A program made the translations under genes and the position numbers. The notes beneath the pieces were generated by a model, which saw only the letters and a program-made list of their open reading frames with translations, was not told the DNA's origin and did no database searches. From Carcharhinus longimanus (Eukaryota), in the NCBI GenBank assembly GCA_030264375.1, contig JASCQW010000130.1, positions 25,388,059 through 25,452,058 of the forward strand: a DNA stretch of 64,000 nt, written 5' to 3'. Each line of letters starts with the position of its first letter. The stretch's first letter is position 1. Of the stretch, positions 52,075 through 64,000 are shown piece after piece.

Positions 52075-53045
52075 CATAGAATCCCTACAGTGCAGAAGAA
52101 GGACATTCAACCCATTGGACCTGCACCGACAACAATCATACCCAAGCCCTATCCCCATAACTCTGTGTATTTACCCTGTTAATACACTAAAGGGCAATTT
52201 AATAGGCCAATCAACATAACCTGCACATCACTTGGAGGAGAAAAATAGGGACCCTACAATCGACGTTTCTCAGAGATTTGCACCTGGAAACATCTCAGGC
52301 AGGAGTGTAGGTTACTCATTTGCAGGCCATTGTGAAAATTACCTGAGGATGACGCTTGGACATTAGAAGGCTGACTGTATCCAGGATATTTTCAACTGCC
52401 TTGTAAACAGGGCCAGCAGCAGTCAGATATTTCCTGCAGTGAGTGGAATCTCTAGACTTATTGATGCTGGACCCCCAATGCAATGAAAAAATCTGAGGAC
52501 CGCCCCCAACAACAGCGATCTTCAATCTGGTATGTCTTCCATTTCATCTTTTTGTGCATCTTCCGATTTTGTAAAAGATAGCAGTACCAACAACCTGCAT
52601 TTGGATAGTGCCTTTGACATACTTAAAAGACTGAAGACATTTCAGAGGTACAGTATCAGGCAAACAGTGACACTCAGTAAAAGGAAAAGAGCAATGGGAC
52701 AGGCGACCCATCCTGAGCAGCTTCGATAGAGGAGGAGTGTGAGAGGGGGAAGCATGGAGGGATTGGGAGTTGGTAAGGAAGGGAATTCCAGAGCTTCGAA
52801 TCTGGATAGCTGGGCATGGCTGGCAATGGTTTGGTGGAGGCTGTGACGAATGTATAAAGGGCTAAGACTCTGTCTTTAAGACAGAGGTAGATAAGTTCTT
52901 GATTAATAAGGGGCTCAGGGCTTACGGGGAAAAGGCAGGAGAATGGGAATGAGAAAAATATCAGTCATGATTGAATGGCAGAACAGACTCGATGGGCCGA
53001 GTGGTTGAATTCTGCTCCTATGTCTTATTGTTTTATGGTCTTATG
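52075..53045. mobile_element. Cluster: HE1 tail (-, 52075-52230), L2 3' end (-, 52585-52850), CR1 3' end (+, 52866-53045)
   Basis: Family motifs. Confidence 0.7.
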
Positions 53046-54242
53046 AAGGAGCAGTGAAAAATTATAGGATTAACAGTGATCACAGATGTGAGCAGGACAA
53101 ATCCTTGTGCAGTCGGCTGGGGGTGGGGCTGTGGTTTTAACATGATGCACAGATTTTAAAATGTCAGGGAATCTATACAAAACAAAGACCTCTGACTTTT
53201 GGATGTAAAAATAATCAAGGCCGCTGATTCATACATAAACAGACAAATAAAGAGCTCTGAAATTTAATCATCGAAATGCCACATGATAATAAAACCCAGA
53301 ATTCCACCGAATAAAACAATATTTGCTCATTCAATTATTATAGATCAGTGGCACTGATGGTACATTGTGCAGAGCCCCAGTCAAACACAAAAGACCTGCC
53401 TGAGAGTTTCTGGCGTGGGACCTGCAAATTGCAAGCATTTCCCAATCTACACAACTTTCTCACCAATTAAACAGGCATTAAACTCTGAGCTGCAACACTA
53501 TTTAATTATTAAATAATTACTGACTATCTTGGGGACGGGGATCCAGGCACTCCTTAGAATCTGCAATATGAAATGTATGTTATAAAACTGGTGTTGTGCA
53601 CTTGAAGTTAGCACCTTGTTGTTTATGGAGTTAACAAACAAAATTTGCAGCATCCATTTACCCTCATTCTCATTAAAGTGATGGTTGGAGTTAGCTGACT
53701 GCTACTTGTTTAGAGAAGTCATCAAAATCCACTGCATATTTATTAGATAGAATTAATATCCAAACCCGGAATACGTTTGAATGAAATTGCTTGCATGTTC
53801 TTCTCTTGGTTCAGCCCTGAGCCTTTTGTTCTGAAACTGCTGATTCATCTTGCAAGTGGCTGCATTAATTTACCTCCGAGTCTGTCACATATAGTCCTGT
53901 CCTAGGGGATTTTCACAGTAACTTTATTGCATTGTTAATGTAAGCTGACTTGTGACTAATAAATAAACTTTAACTTTGGTCCCATTCAATCTATACTGAC
54001 CCTTTCAAAGAGCAATTCAGTTACCTAATAGAAGCTTTCTAACGTCAGCAATGAACAGTTTTTAATGGTTATGTGTTATTCTGTGGAGTCCTTAAGTGTT
54101 GTGTATTAAGGTAACTGATCTCTGTTGTCAAAATTATAGTGATGCCTTTCAAACTATACTCAGAATGGATAGTTATGAGTGCACAGTGCCACTATTTGGA
54201 AACACTGTGCACCTGAGGCTGTTACAGGGAGGCAGCTTCCTT

Positions 54243-54798
54243 CATAGAATTGTGTGGTGCAGAAGGAGGTCATTCAGCCTATCAAGCCTGCATCAACAAC
54301 AGCCCCATCCAGGTCTATCCCTGCNNNNNNNNNNNNNNNNNNNNNNNNNNNNNNNNNNNNNNNNNNNNNNNNNNNNNNNNNNNNNNNNNNNNNNNNNNNN
54401 NNNNNNNNNNNNNNNNNNNNNNNNTCTTTGGACATGAAGGGACAATTTAGCATGGCCAATCTCCCAAACCCGCACATCTTTGGACACTAAGGGGACAATT
54501 CAGCATGGCCAATCCACCTAACCTACACATCTTTGGACAATAAGGAGCAATTTAACATGGCCAATCCACCTAAGCTACACATCTTTGGGCACTAAAGGAT
54601 AATTTAACATGGTCAATCCACCTAAGCTACACATCTTTGGGCACTAAAGGATAATTTAACATGGCCAATCCACCTAAGCTACACATCTTTGGGCACTAAA
54701 GGACAATTCAGCATGGCCAATCCACCTAACCTAGATACCTTTGGACACTAACGAGGATAACTTACCATGGCCAATCCACCTAACTTGCACAACTTTGG
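54243..54798 (-). repeat. HE1 SINE with ~7 tandem copies of a ~52-bp internal unit
   Basis: Unit tttggacactaagggacaatttagcatggccaatccacctaacctgcacatc repeated over 54425-54798. Confidence 0.85.
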
Positions 54799-55719
54799 AG
54801 TTGTTGAGGTGGAAGGAGAAGGGAGAACAGGAATGGGATAGGCGGGATTTGTAGCTTGTATCCAGAGCGTGGACTCTTGTGATGGATGAGCTTGAGGATG
54901 CTTTCCCTTACAGGACACTCTGCCCCCAACCCACCAACTCAAGAGGCTCTGTCAGGATTCCTAAATTTACTGGCAATCGCTCCAACATTCTGTCTTTAAG
55001 GCCCATCGTTTCCCTTTGGCCGATGAAGAAAGAAAATTAACTTGCTTAAAATTGTCTCACAGGCGGGTGGGTGGTCAATCCTCGGTTCCCCTCCCCCCCT
55101 CCTGCGGCCTCAGGTGACAAGGCAACTGGCTAATGTGGCGCAGAATGATGGGGCCAGACAACCCCTCCCCCCCCGCTCCCCATCCCTAACCATCCTCCGC
55201 CCACCATTCCTTCCTTTGGTAACCATTGCTGCTGTCACCACTGAACTGAGAGTGGGGTCGGGGATTCAGGGGAGAGGCTTGGGGGAGGGGGGCATCTCCT
55301 CGATCCCCCGATATCACACACAAACTCCACGTTTGCTCTCTTTTGATTCTGCGGGGCTCTGTCTGCAGGTCCACCGCTGAGCGCTCTGAACCTGGGGCAG
55401 GGGGCTGACCTGGTGTGCAGACAGGACAGGGCAGGGTTTGGGTCAGCCCCCACATCACCATCCCCACAGCTCATGAGATTCCGCCCACAGCCTTTCCTCC
55501 TCCTCTTCCTCTCTCTCCTCCCCGCACTCTCCCCCCCCCCATCCCCCTCCACCCGTCCACCAGAGACCGCGTCTTTTCGAGTTGTCCATCGGGCAATGCT
55601 GGTTGATCATTCAGTCAGTCTGGCATCGTGTAGCCCCCTGTGTGTGTTTAAAAATGTAAGGATCAGTCAGGTGGATTTTAATCAGCCGTCGCCTCCTTTT
55701 CCCACCCCATGCTTTTTGA

Positions 55720-56222
55720 AGTTTATTTATTAGAATCAAAAGCAGGCTTACATAAACACTGCAATGAAGTCACTGTGAAAATCCCTTAGTTGCCACACTC
55801 CAGTCCCTGTTTGGGTCCATTGAGGGAGAATTTAGCATGGCCAATCCACCTAACCTGCACGTCTTTGTACACTAAGGGGCAATTTAGCATGGCCAATCCA
55901 CCTAACCTGCACATCTTTGGACACTAAGGGACAATTTAGCATGGACAATCCACCTAACCTGCACATCTTTGGACACTAAGGGACAATTTAGCATGGCCAG
56001 TTCATCTAACCTGCACATCTTTGGACTCTAAGGGGCAATTTACCATGGCCAATCCACCTAACCTGCACATTTTTGGACTGTGGGAGGAAACTGGAGCACC
56101 CGGAGGAAACCCACAGAGACATGGGGGGAATATGCAAATTTTACACAGACAATCACCCAAGGACAGAATTGAACCCGGGCCCCTGGCATTGTGAGGCAGC
56201 AGTACGAACCACTGTGTCACCA
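55720..56222 (-). repeat. HE1 SINE (alternative tail) with ~5 tandem 52-bp units
   Basis: Same unit repeated over 55830-56075. Confidence 0.85.
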
Positions 56223-56501
56223 TACTACGCTTCTTGCATTCATCGGGGGTACATTTGACCTTAACAACAGAGTAATATGTTAAGATTTCTGGCACTCCTA
56301 CTAAAATGTTGAATTCCAGTTGGAAATGTTACAGGAGCACTGTCTGCAAAACTCTGGCACTCTTTCTATACCTTAACTTCCCCCCATTCCCGAATAATCT
56401 CATTCGCTTCTTAATGTGTTCCCCCAGACCATTTTAATCTTCTGTTGTCTCAGCTTCTGAACTTCACTGCAGAATAAACCTTTCTCATTAATAATGTAAA
56501 T

Positions 56502-57321
56502 CAGTGACGGGCAACCTGAGCTATCGAGTGGGCCGCATGAGTGGCCCGCCTTCATCTCAGTGGGATGCAAGATTGAAACCAGGCCTTGTTGACTAATCCG
56601 TGACCCTTTGAATAAGATTAAGTACATTTAATACTTGCCAAATGTTTCATAATGAGTTTAAAAAAAATGCTTAATCATTCGTATATTAAGAGAACTATCA
56701 TCAACTTTAGATGGCAAAAGCAAATGAGATCTTTACACTTTGGACACAGAGGGAGCACACAGTCTATAGTGTGTGCAATCAGCATGTAACTCACTTGCCC
56801 TTGCTTTATGTGTGTATCACTTCAGTCATACTGGTAGGAAAAAATCTCCATGGAAATCAGTGAAATGTGACAACCCTGGGTGTGGAGAAATGGTCAACAT
56901 GGGCTGCACTCAGAACTCAAATGGGCCACAAGTGGCCCCCAGGCTTGTAGAATTATAGACTCTCTACAGTGCAGAAGAGGCCATTTCACCCATCAAGTCC
57001 GCAGTGACCCTGACAGAGAACTTGCACAGATCCTCTCCCCCGTTCTATCCCCATAACCCCACACATTTCCCATGACTAATCCATCTAACCTATACATATT
57101 AGAACCTTAAGGGGCAACACAACTTAGCATGGCCAATCTGCCTAAACTGCACACCTTCGGACTGTAGGAGGAAAGAAGAGCACCCAAAGAAAACCCACAC
57201 GGGCACAGGAGAATGTGCAAATTCCACACAGACAGTGACCTGAGGCTGAAATCGAACGAGGGTCTCTGGCGCTGAGAGGCAGCTGTGCTAACCACTGTGC
57301 CACTGTGCTGGCCCACCACGC
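56502..57321. mobile_element. Non-autonomous hAT transposon with an HE1 SINE (-, 56948-57310) inserted in its right TIR
   Basis: Left end CAGTGACGGGCAAC; right end ...ttg|gcccaccacgc; 8-bp TSD atgtaaat / ttgtaaat (7 of 8); subterminal gggcc.ca...gtggccc repeats at both ends. Confidence 0.65.
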
Positions 57322-57737
57322 TTGTAAATAAAAGAGGGCTAACTGTAGCCATGTGTTCAGAGGATGCACATAAGTGAACCCAACCAGTTGGTTGAAAGCC
57401 AGATGTGCAAGAAGCTGTTTTCATTGCAGTAAAAAGGTTTCTACTGTTTAGTGAGAGGTTGTAACAGCCTTGACATACTTCATTTATCCTAATTTTACGT
57501 GAATTGCTCCAAAGCTGTAGCCACCAATTTTTTTCATCGATTTACTTCATGAGCTATATAAAACAGGTGCTATTCCAAACTTTGGGAGTTTCCTTCCTAA
57601 AGGCGTGTCTGACTGATTTCTCACTCAAAGTTCTGAGGTTTTTTTGGATGATATTTATATCTTTTGGGATTTTAATTCTGTCGTGCTATATTTGTTTATT
57701 TACAATTTTACTGCAGCAGCCATTTATGGCAATCAGT

Positions 57738-58042
57738 CAGCATGGTGGCGCAGTGGTCAGCACTGCTGCCTCACAGTGCCAGGGACTCGGGTTTGATTTC
57801 TGGCTTGGGCTGCTATCTGTGTGGAGTCTGCACATTCTCCCTGTGTCTGCATGGGTTTCCTCCAGGCACTCCGATTTCCTCCCACAATGCAAAAGACGTG
57901 CTAGTTCGGTGCATTAGCCATGCTAAATGTTCCCTCAGTGTACCTGAACAGGTGCTGGAGTGTGGCGACAAAAGGATTTTCACAGTAACCTCATTGCATT
58001 GTTAATGTAAGCTGACTTACGGCAATAATAAATAAACTTTAA
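57738..58042 (+). mobile_element. HE1-type SINE with alternative tail
   Basis: Full length. Confidence 0.85.
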
Positions 58043-58596
58043 AGCTTTGAATTTGTCCTTGCAAGGCTATTGCTTTGAGAAAATTGAGATTTGGAGGCAG
58101 CACAGGTTTTCAAGTTTTCTCTGACTTTTTGGGACTGTGTGAGTATTCTATCCCCGATCACTTATTGCATTCCCTGCACACATGCAAACTGGATGTGTAG
58201 CACATTCAAAGTATAGGAGGCCAGATGGAGCAACAATGGAGCTGAACCTTGCTGAGTATTTTGGAGCTGAGGGGGACTTCTGTCCTGCTCCCTTCCTAGG
58301 TCAATGAAGAGCAACTTCACTTTGGGATCCTTTTCAGCTGGGCCACCACCTGCTAATGGTTGGCGAATGGTCCTGACATGTATTCCCACCCAACTCAGTC
58401 CAAAATGTGCAGCATAAGGAGCCCGATTCACACAGGACCACTGCCTATTCTGGTGTTCTGCTCCAGCTACCTGAGAGAACTATCATTGCAACCATGGAAG
58501 TGGGGTCAGTAGGTCATTGACCACCATTTTATAGACATTACTGTCCTGATTTCCCCAGGCCGCAGGGCTGAACCTCCACTCACAATCTGAACCAGG

Positions 58597-58795
58597 AGAA
58601 ACATAGAAACATAGAAGGTAGGAGCAGGAGGAGGCTATTTGCCTTTCGAGCCTGCTCCACCATTCATCACGATCGTGGCTAATTGTCCAACTCAACAGAT
58701 TAATCCTGCTTTCTCCCCACAACCTTTGATCCCATTCGCCCCAAGTGCTATATCTAGCTGCCTCTTGAATACACTCAATGTTTTGGCATCAACCT
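58597..58795 (-). mobile_element. CR1 3' end
   Basis: (agaaacat)2 tail followed by CR1 3' UTR. Confidence 0.8.
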
Positions 58796-58796
58796 T

Positions 58797-58940
58797 TTGA
58801 GTCAGGATGACCCTGACAAAGGGTCATCCGGACTTGAAACGTTTGCTCTTTCTCTCCACAGATGCTGTCAGACCTGCTGAGATTTTCCAGCATTTTATTG
58901 TTTTTGTGTCAGACCCTGGCATCTGCTGTATTTTGCCTGT
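58797..58940 (+). mobile_element. Penelope-like family B remnant with 5' fold-back
   Basis: gagtcaggatgaccct-gacaa-agggtcatccggactt then GAAACGTT. Confidence 0.7.
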
Positions 58941-59632
58941 ACCAAATAATTGGGAGGCTTATCTTAGTTGTGAAGTTTCAAAACATTGGGATTGTACTGT
59001 TTGGAATTTTAACCAAAATGAAATTTTAATCATCGAGTTGTGAATTAGGTCCAATAACTACCATTAAATTATTTGTATAGTAGTCATAATGTCCGTATTA
59101 AAATTTGAAAGTTTTATTGCCTGCGGAATTATCAAAATAAAGCTTCCTAACTCAAATCAATATTTTAGGTATCTGGAAACAAAATTCCTTAAGACTTAAT
59201 TGGGATTTTACAATAAAATTGTGATGTGTGGCAGATTTCATTTTGTGGCTCTGAATACAAATACAAATACACCGTTGACATGTTTTATTTTGATTATGTT
59301 GCTTGTTCAAAGGAGTATGCACAGCAATTTAAAATATCAGCAGTAATAGCCGGTGGTGTTTTAATTGATCTGTTGTTGTCTGGAAATAAAGAAGAAGCAA
59401 AATAAGCAGCTGCAGACAAACAGCTGAGAAACCTGCTATTAAATGTCAGTGGAGCGTGTGCAGCATAAATGATGAACACCCATGTCTCACCTTACCTCAG
59501 CAGCTCAAGACGTTAGATGATACCAGACTGAGCGAGAACGCCATGCTGGTCGTGTTTTTCCCCCAATCATTGTGCTGAAAACCAACCTTTGCTTGTCAGT
59601 CCTATGTTTTAGTGAAGTCTGAGGTTTATTCA

Positions 59633-60430
59633 GAGAATCATAGAATCCCTACAGTGCAGAAGGAGGCCATTCAGCCCATCTGACAACAATCCCGCCCAGG
59701 CTTTACATTTACCCTGCCAATTCCCCCTGACACTAAGGGGCAATTTAGTATGGCCAACCTAACCAGCACTTCTTTGGAGTGTGGGAGGAAACTGGAGCAC
59801 TCTGAAGAAACCCATGCAAACAGGGGGAGAATGTGCAAACTGCACACAGACAGTTCATGAATTTTAGTTTTGCTGATTTTCTATTCTTGCGCTACCTCAG
59901 TAGCTTGCTAAGAGAAGGCTGCGGTGGGCACCCTGTATCTTCAGTTTCTTACTCAACTAACCAGACTTCACCCCAAGCCGATTATTTGATAGTGAGCGGG
60001 TACGAAACCAAACAAGGTTTGTAGTCTATTTTCATCTGACCTCAATGCACACAGGATTGAGTTTGAGATCTAAAGAGTATAAGATATAGGAGCGGAATTA
60101 GGCCATTTGGCCCATCGGGTCTTCTCCGCCATTCAATCATGCATGAAATGTTTCTCAACCCTATTCTTCCATCATTTCCGTGTAACCTTTGATCCCCTTA
60201 CCAATCAAGAACTTGTCTGTCTCTGTCTTAAATACACTCAATGGCCTGGCCGACACAACATGCCGGGGCAATGAATTCCACAGATTCTCACTGTCTGATT
60301 AAAGAAATTCCTTCTCATCTAAGTTCTAAAGGGTCATCCATTTATTCTGAGGCTGTGCCCTCAGATCCTAGTCACTTCTACTAATGAAAATATCTTCTCC
60401 ATGTCCACTCTCTTCAGGCCTTTCAGTTTT
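59633..60430 (-). mobile_element. HE1 SINE 3' part (59633-59853) and CR1 3' end (60075-60430)
   Basis: Family motifs. Confidence 0.75.
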
Positions 60431-62408
60431 TATTGGAGCCTGCTGGAGTGCACATGGTGACCATGGGGGAGTTGGGGTGGAGCCTGCTGGAGTGTACATG
60501 TGAACAGTGGGGAGGGGGGGATGGAGGGGGCATTGCTGGTTAGGGTTGCGGGAGGTGGTCGGCTCAGGTGAATCAGGCAGGAGTACCTGGATCGGATTCT
60601 CGACATTGCGACAGTCCCACCTGAAGTTAATGTTAGAAGTGCGATCTTTGACAGTTCCAATGAGATTAGCACTTTTTACGCACATTGCCTATGTTGAACA
60701 ACCCCAGAGAACAGCTGGCCTCTCCTGAAGTTGTGCCAGTACTATATCCAAATAGGTACCTTCACCCTCCAAAATTGTACTCTGATTGTCCAATGAATTC
60801 ACAGAGTCAGAGCTGCTTCAGCTCCTCTGACAGTTTCTTGAAAGCTTTGGCAGTTTTTTGACAGCTTGGTAGTAATTTGGAGTTTTGATGTTTTTGGTCA
60901 TTTTTTAATACCTTGACAATTGCAATTAGATTTTGCACATTTTATGCAAGATCATGGCTATTTTTAACAATCCCAAAGTGCAGGGACCTCTCCCAAAGAG
61001 TGTGATGCTCTCTTAAAGGTGTTCTAGGTTCCTATCCAAAGGGGTACCGTAGCTCTCCATAGGGATACCCTGGCTACCCAAGTGGATCCATAAACTTCAA
61101 ACCTGCTCCTATCATGTCTAATCTGTACATGTTAGGTACCACAGCAAAACCGCACACGCGTGTAGGCAGCGCTGATTTGTATTGTCTCCTTGAACAATGA
61201 ATGTGCAATTCATAAGCCACCCCCATTGTACCCTCACGAAAATGATGAGGCAAGGTGTGGGGACGGGACTACTGGATTCAAGTTTCTGCTGGTAATTCCG
61301 TGCAGACAGAGAGTCTCACCATCTAAAGTTTATTTTTTCAAAGAGTTTTTAAAGTTTGAAAGTTTGTATGAAAATATGTGTGAAAATTCAGGATCAAAAG
61401 GTTTCATGGTACAAATAGCAAAGGGAGTGATAATGGGTATAATAAAGAGGATAGGGATGTGTCCAGAGTGGTGTAAATGGCTGTCCGAATGCAAATTGAC
61501 AGAATGAAGCAAGAAATGAGAGGAAAACAGGGTTTTCTTTTCAGGATTAGTGAAGTCAGTCGCAAACCCTCAACTGCCAATGTGTCGACTGACACCACTG
61601 ACAGTCAGTGAGGTGATGGCAGGATAGGACTTCCTTCAGGACTCTCACCCGTTATGACTCTCAATCGTTGCTCTGCCTGAATATGGGTAACAAATTGAGA
61701 TCTTCTGGTCCGCTTGTCTCAATTTGCAGGTGGCTTTACCAGCTGAGCTATCATGGGGAGCTTTGATCCTCAGGAGGCAGACATCAAGTCGCGCTCCTCA
61801 AGTAGTGTTTTTGCCTTTGTAGTTTAAGATGTAATGCTTCCAAGGTACTGTAATACTGTGTGTCTGAATGCAGCTTTCGACCTCATTCTTTTGGCATGCT
61901 GAATGTTTTAAACCCAGCTATGCTCCTGTGGGCACAACACCTGGTAAGGACAGGTGCCGTTCCCCAAGGAAACAGGGAGAACTCTCAGTGTGTTGCAGCC
62001 TAGGCAATTTTCAACTGCGTCATTACCCAGGCTTATAAATTGCAAAGCGAAGGCCCAGGAGTGAGCTGACAGCCACCTTTCTTTAAGATGAAGACTCGCA
62101 ACCTATTAAGTGTGCTGCGCTGCTATCAGATGTACAGTGCGTAGGTGTTAGTGAGAATGATTATAGTTTACAAAAGAATGAACATAACTTTTGCAACATT
62201 TGTGCTGGATAAGGATGAGCAATATGATTAAAAATAACCAGACTCGGATAGATACTGATTGTTTTGCAGTTGTAGAAAATGGATGATAGTGAGTTAGCAG
62301 CACGTTCGTTATACATGACCCCCTATTTATTAAAGTCAGGATCTATCCTGATGGTATAACTGAAATTAACAGTGAGCCACTAATGAAAAATGTCTGAGAT
62401 CTCAATTT

Positions 62409-62627
62409 TGGAAATAAGTCTGCACAGGCAGAAGACCGCTCACCAAAATCCCTTTATTTACAAGCAATACACAGAGCGCTAGCAGTCTACCTCTGGGGGT
62501 GTCAGAGGAACTGACACTCCTACTTAAGTACAGGTAAAGACTCCTTGATTGGCCCATCAATTGGATCCTGAATCAGGGAGTTCACGCTCCAATAGGCCAA
62601 CCTCAAGGCCCGATTAAAGTCATTACA
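62409..62627 (-). mobile_element. Short solo LTR-like element (~220 bp)
   Basis: Minus strand begins TGTAATGAC, has CCAAT boxes and AATAAA (tttatt at ~62454) and ends ...gacttatttcca; TSD not resolved. Confidence 0.5.
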
Positions 62628-62805
62628 GTAACAACATGTGCAATTGAAAATATCTGAGCTGTATTCAGATTGATGGAGCTTTTTGTTGGTCCAAATCATA
62701 GGATCNNNNNNNNNNNNNNNNNNNNNNNNNNNNNNNNNNNNNNNNNNNNNNNNNNNNNNNNNNNNNNNNNNNNNNNNNNNNNNNNNNNNNNNNNNNNNNN
62801 NNNNN

Positions 62806-63120
62806 TCCAAATCATAGGATCAGTGCAGAAGGAGGCCATTTGGCCTATCAAGCCTGCAGTAGCAACAATCCCACCCGGGCCCTAACCTTGCAACTCCACA
62901 CATTTACCCTGCTAATACCCCAGACGTTAAGGGGCAATTTAGCATGGCCAATCAACCTAACCATCTTTGCAGTGAGGGAGGAAACTGGAGCACCCTGACG
63001 AAACCACGCAGACACAAGGAGAATGTGCAACCTCCGCACAGACAGTGACCTGAGATGGAATTGAACCCAGGTCGCTGGCACTGTGAAGCAGCAGTGCTAA
63101 TCACTGTGCGACCCTGCCAC
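62806..63120 (-). mobile_element. HE1-type SINE with CR1 tail
   Basis: Full length. Confidence 0.85.
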
Positions 63121-64000
63121 CCTCAATGGGGATCAACTATTTTTTAAAATTTGTTTGCATTATTTCCTTCCACTGATGCTTCTGAACTTTACATTTTCGT
63201 GGCGAGGGTGACACAGTTTCATTTGTTTGATGCTCCACTGCTCTGTGATGGTCTGACCAGTAAAGCTTCTCGCGTGCGGTTTTCTTTCTCATGGTGTTTC
63301 TCTCACCTGCCACCTAGTACTTTGTACATCGGGGGACTGAAAATCCAAGTAAATAATTCAGTTCAATTGTCACTCAAGGCTGGTAGTTGAACCCATAACT
63401 GCGTGACTGAGTTTTGTGGTTCTATCTTGGCTCTGAATTTCACTCATAATTAATAAGAATTAAGACATTTTTAATTGTTAAATATCTTGTGGAAAGAATA
63501 TGTTGCCGATTTGTTTGTCAAAATTGCCCCTGGATGTGGCCGCCTCTTTGTATATTCTCCACAGTGGCTTGGTTTGTGTGTGTATATGCTTGTGTTTATT
63601 ACATTTATCCTCCAGTGAAGGTCTCCTCTCTTCCTTAATGAATCTCTGTGTCCTTTAGGTTCTGTGTCCTTGCTGCAAAGAAGGCCTTCTCTATTTCCCT
63701 GGATCTCCGCCAATGCGCTCTTTGTTTGGTCACTAGGAGACTCATGTTAGCAACCCAGCAATGATGTTGTCTTTCAGTTTCCCCTTCTCCCTGCTCACAG
63801 CCTTTGCCCGATCTGTAAATAAAATGCCAAGAAATGTTTACGCCCTTTCTTGTTATCTTGGAATGGGTCCAAGGAGAACTGAACTGCGCATGACAGCTGA
63901 TTGGAATTGAAACACTAACGGAGATCTCCAAGCTAGTGGTTGATGGTTTTTTGACTTTTTAGTAATGAACCCTGATTTTAAATCAGAGTGACAGGCTGAA

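Noticed and set aside
54425-54798. CRISPR-like regular array
   Set aside because: Head-to-tail 52-bp units with no unique spacers, derived from a SINE, in a vertebrate context.
55042-55733. Overlapping Pro/Gly-rich ORFs
   Set aside because: Produced by low-complexity G/C tracts; no splice or homology support.
62690-62821. Repeat tccaaatcataggatc flanking a gap
   Set aside because: Contig overlap artefact.

Overview
Eukaryotic, repeat-rich DNA that looks like a cartilaginous fish (shark) draft assembly with N-gaps. The inference rests on about 25 HE1-type tRNA-derived V-SINE copies, CR1/HER1, L2 and Rex/Babar-like LINE 3' fragments, and DeuSINE-like remnants. Only one host coding exon is supportable: a signal-peptide-encoding first exon (28654-28751, + strand, followed by a gtaagt donor) resembling exon 1 of the calcium-channel alpha2delta subunit CACNA2D1. 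The first ~28 kb is then upstream or intergenic and the last ~35 kb is probably intron 1. Nearly all ORF-track entries are spurious or transposon fragments. Notable structure: Penelope-like remnants carrying degenerate minimal hammerhead-ribozyme cores, mostly in fold-back arrangement; one SINE head with two alternative LINE-derived tails; three solo-LTR families; a hAT MITE with an 8-bp TSD; a ~1.2 kb long-TIR element; and a complex inverted duplication. I found no convincing novel protein-coding system. Repeat boundaries were read by eye and are approximate, and family names come from recalled consensus features, not database searches.
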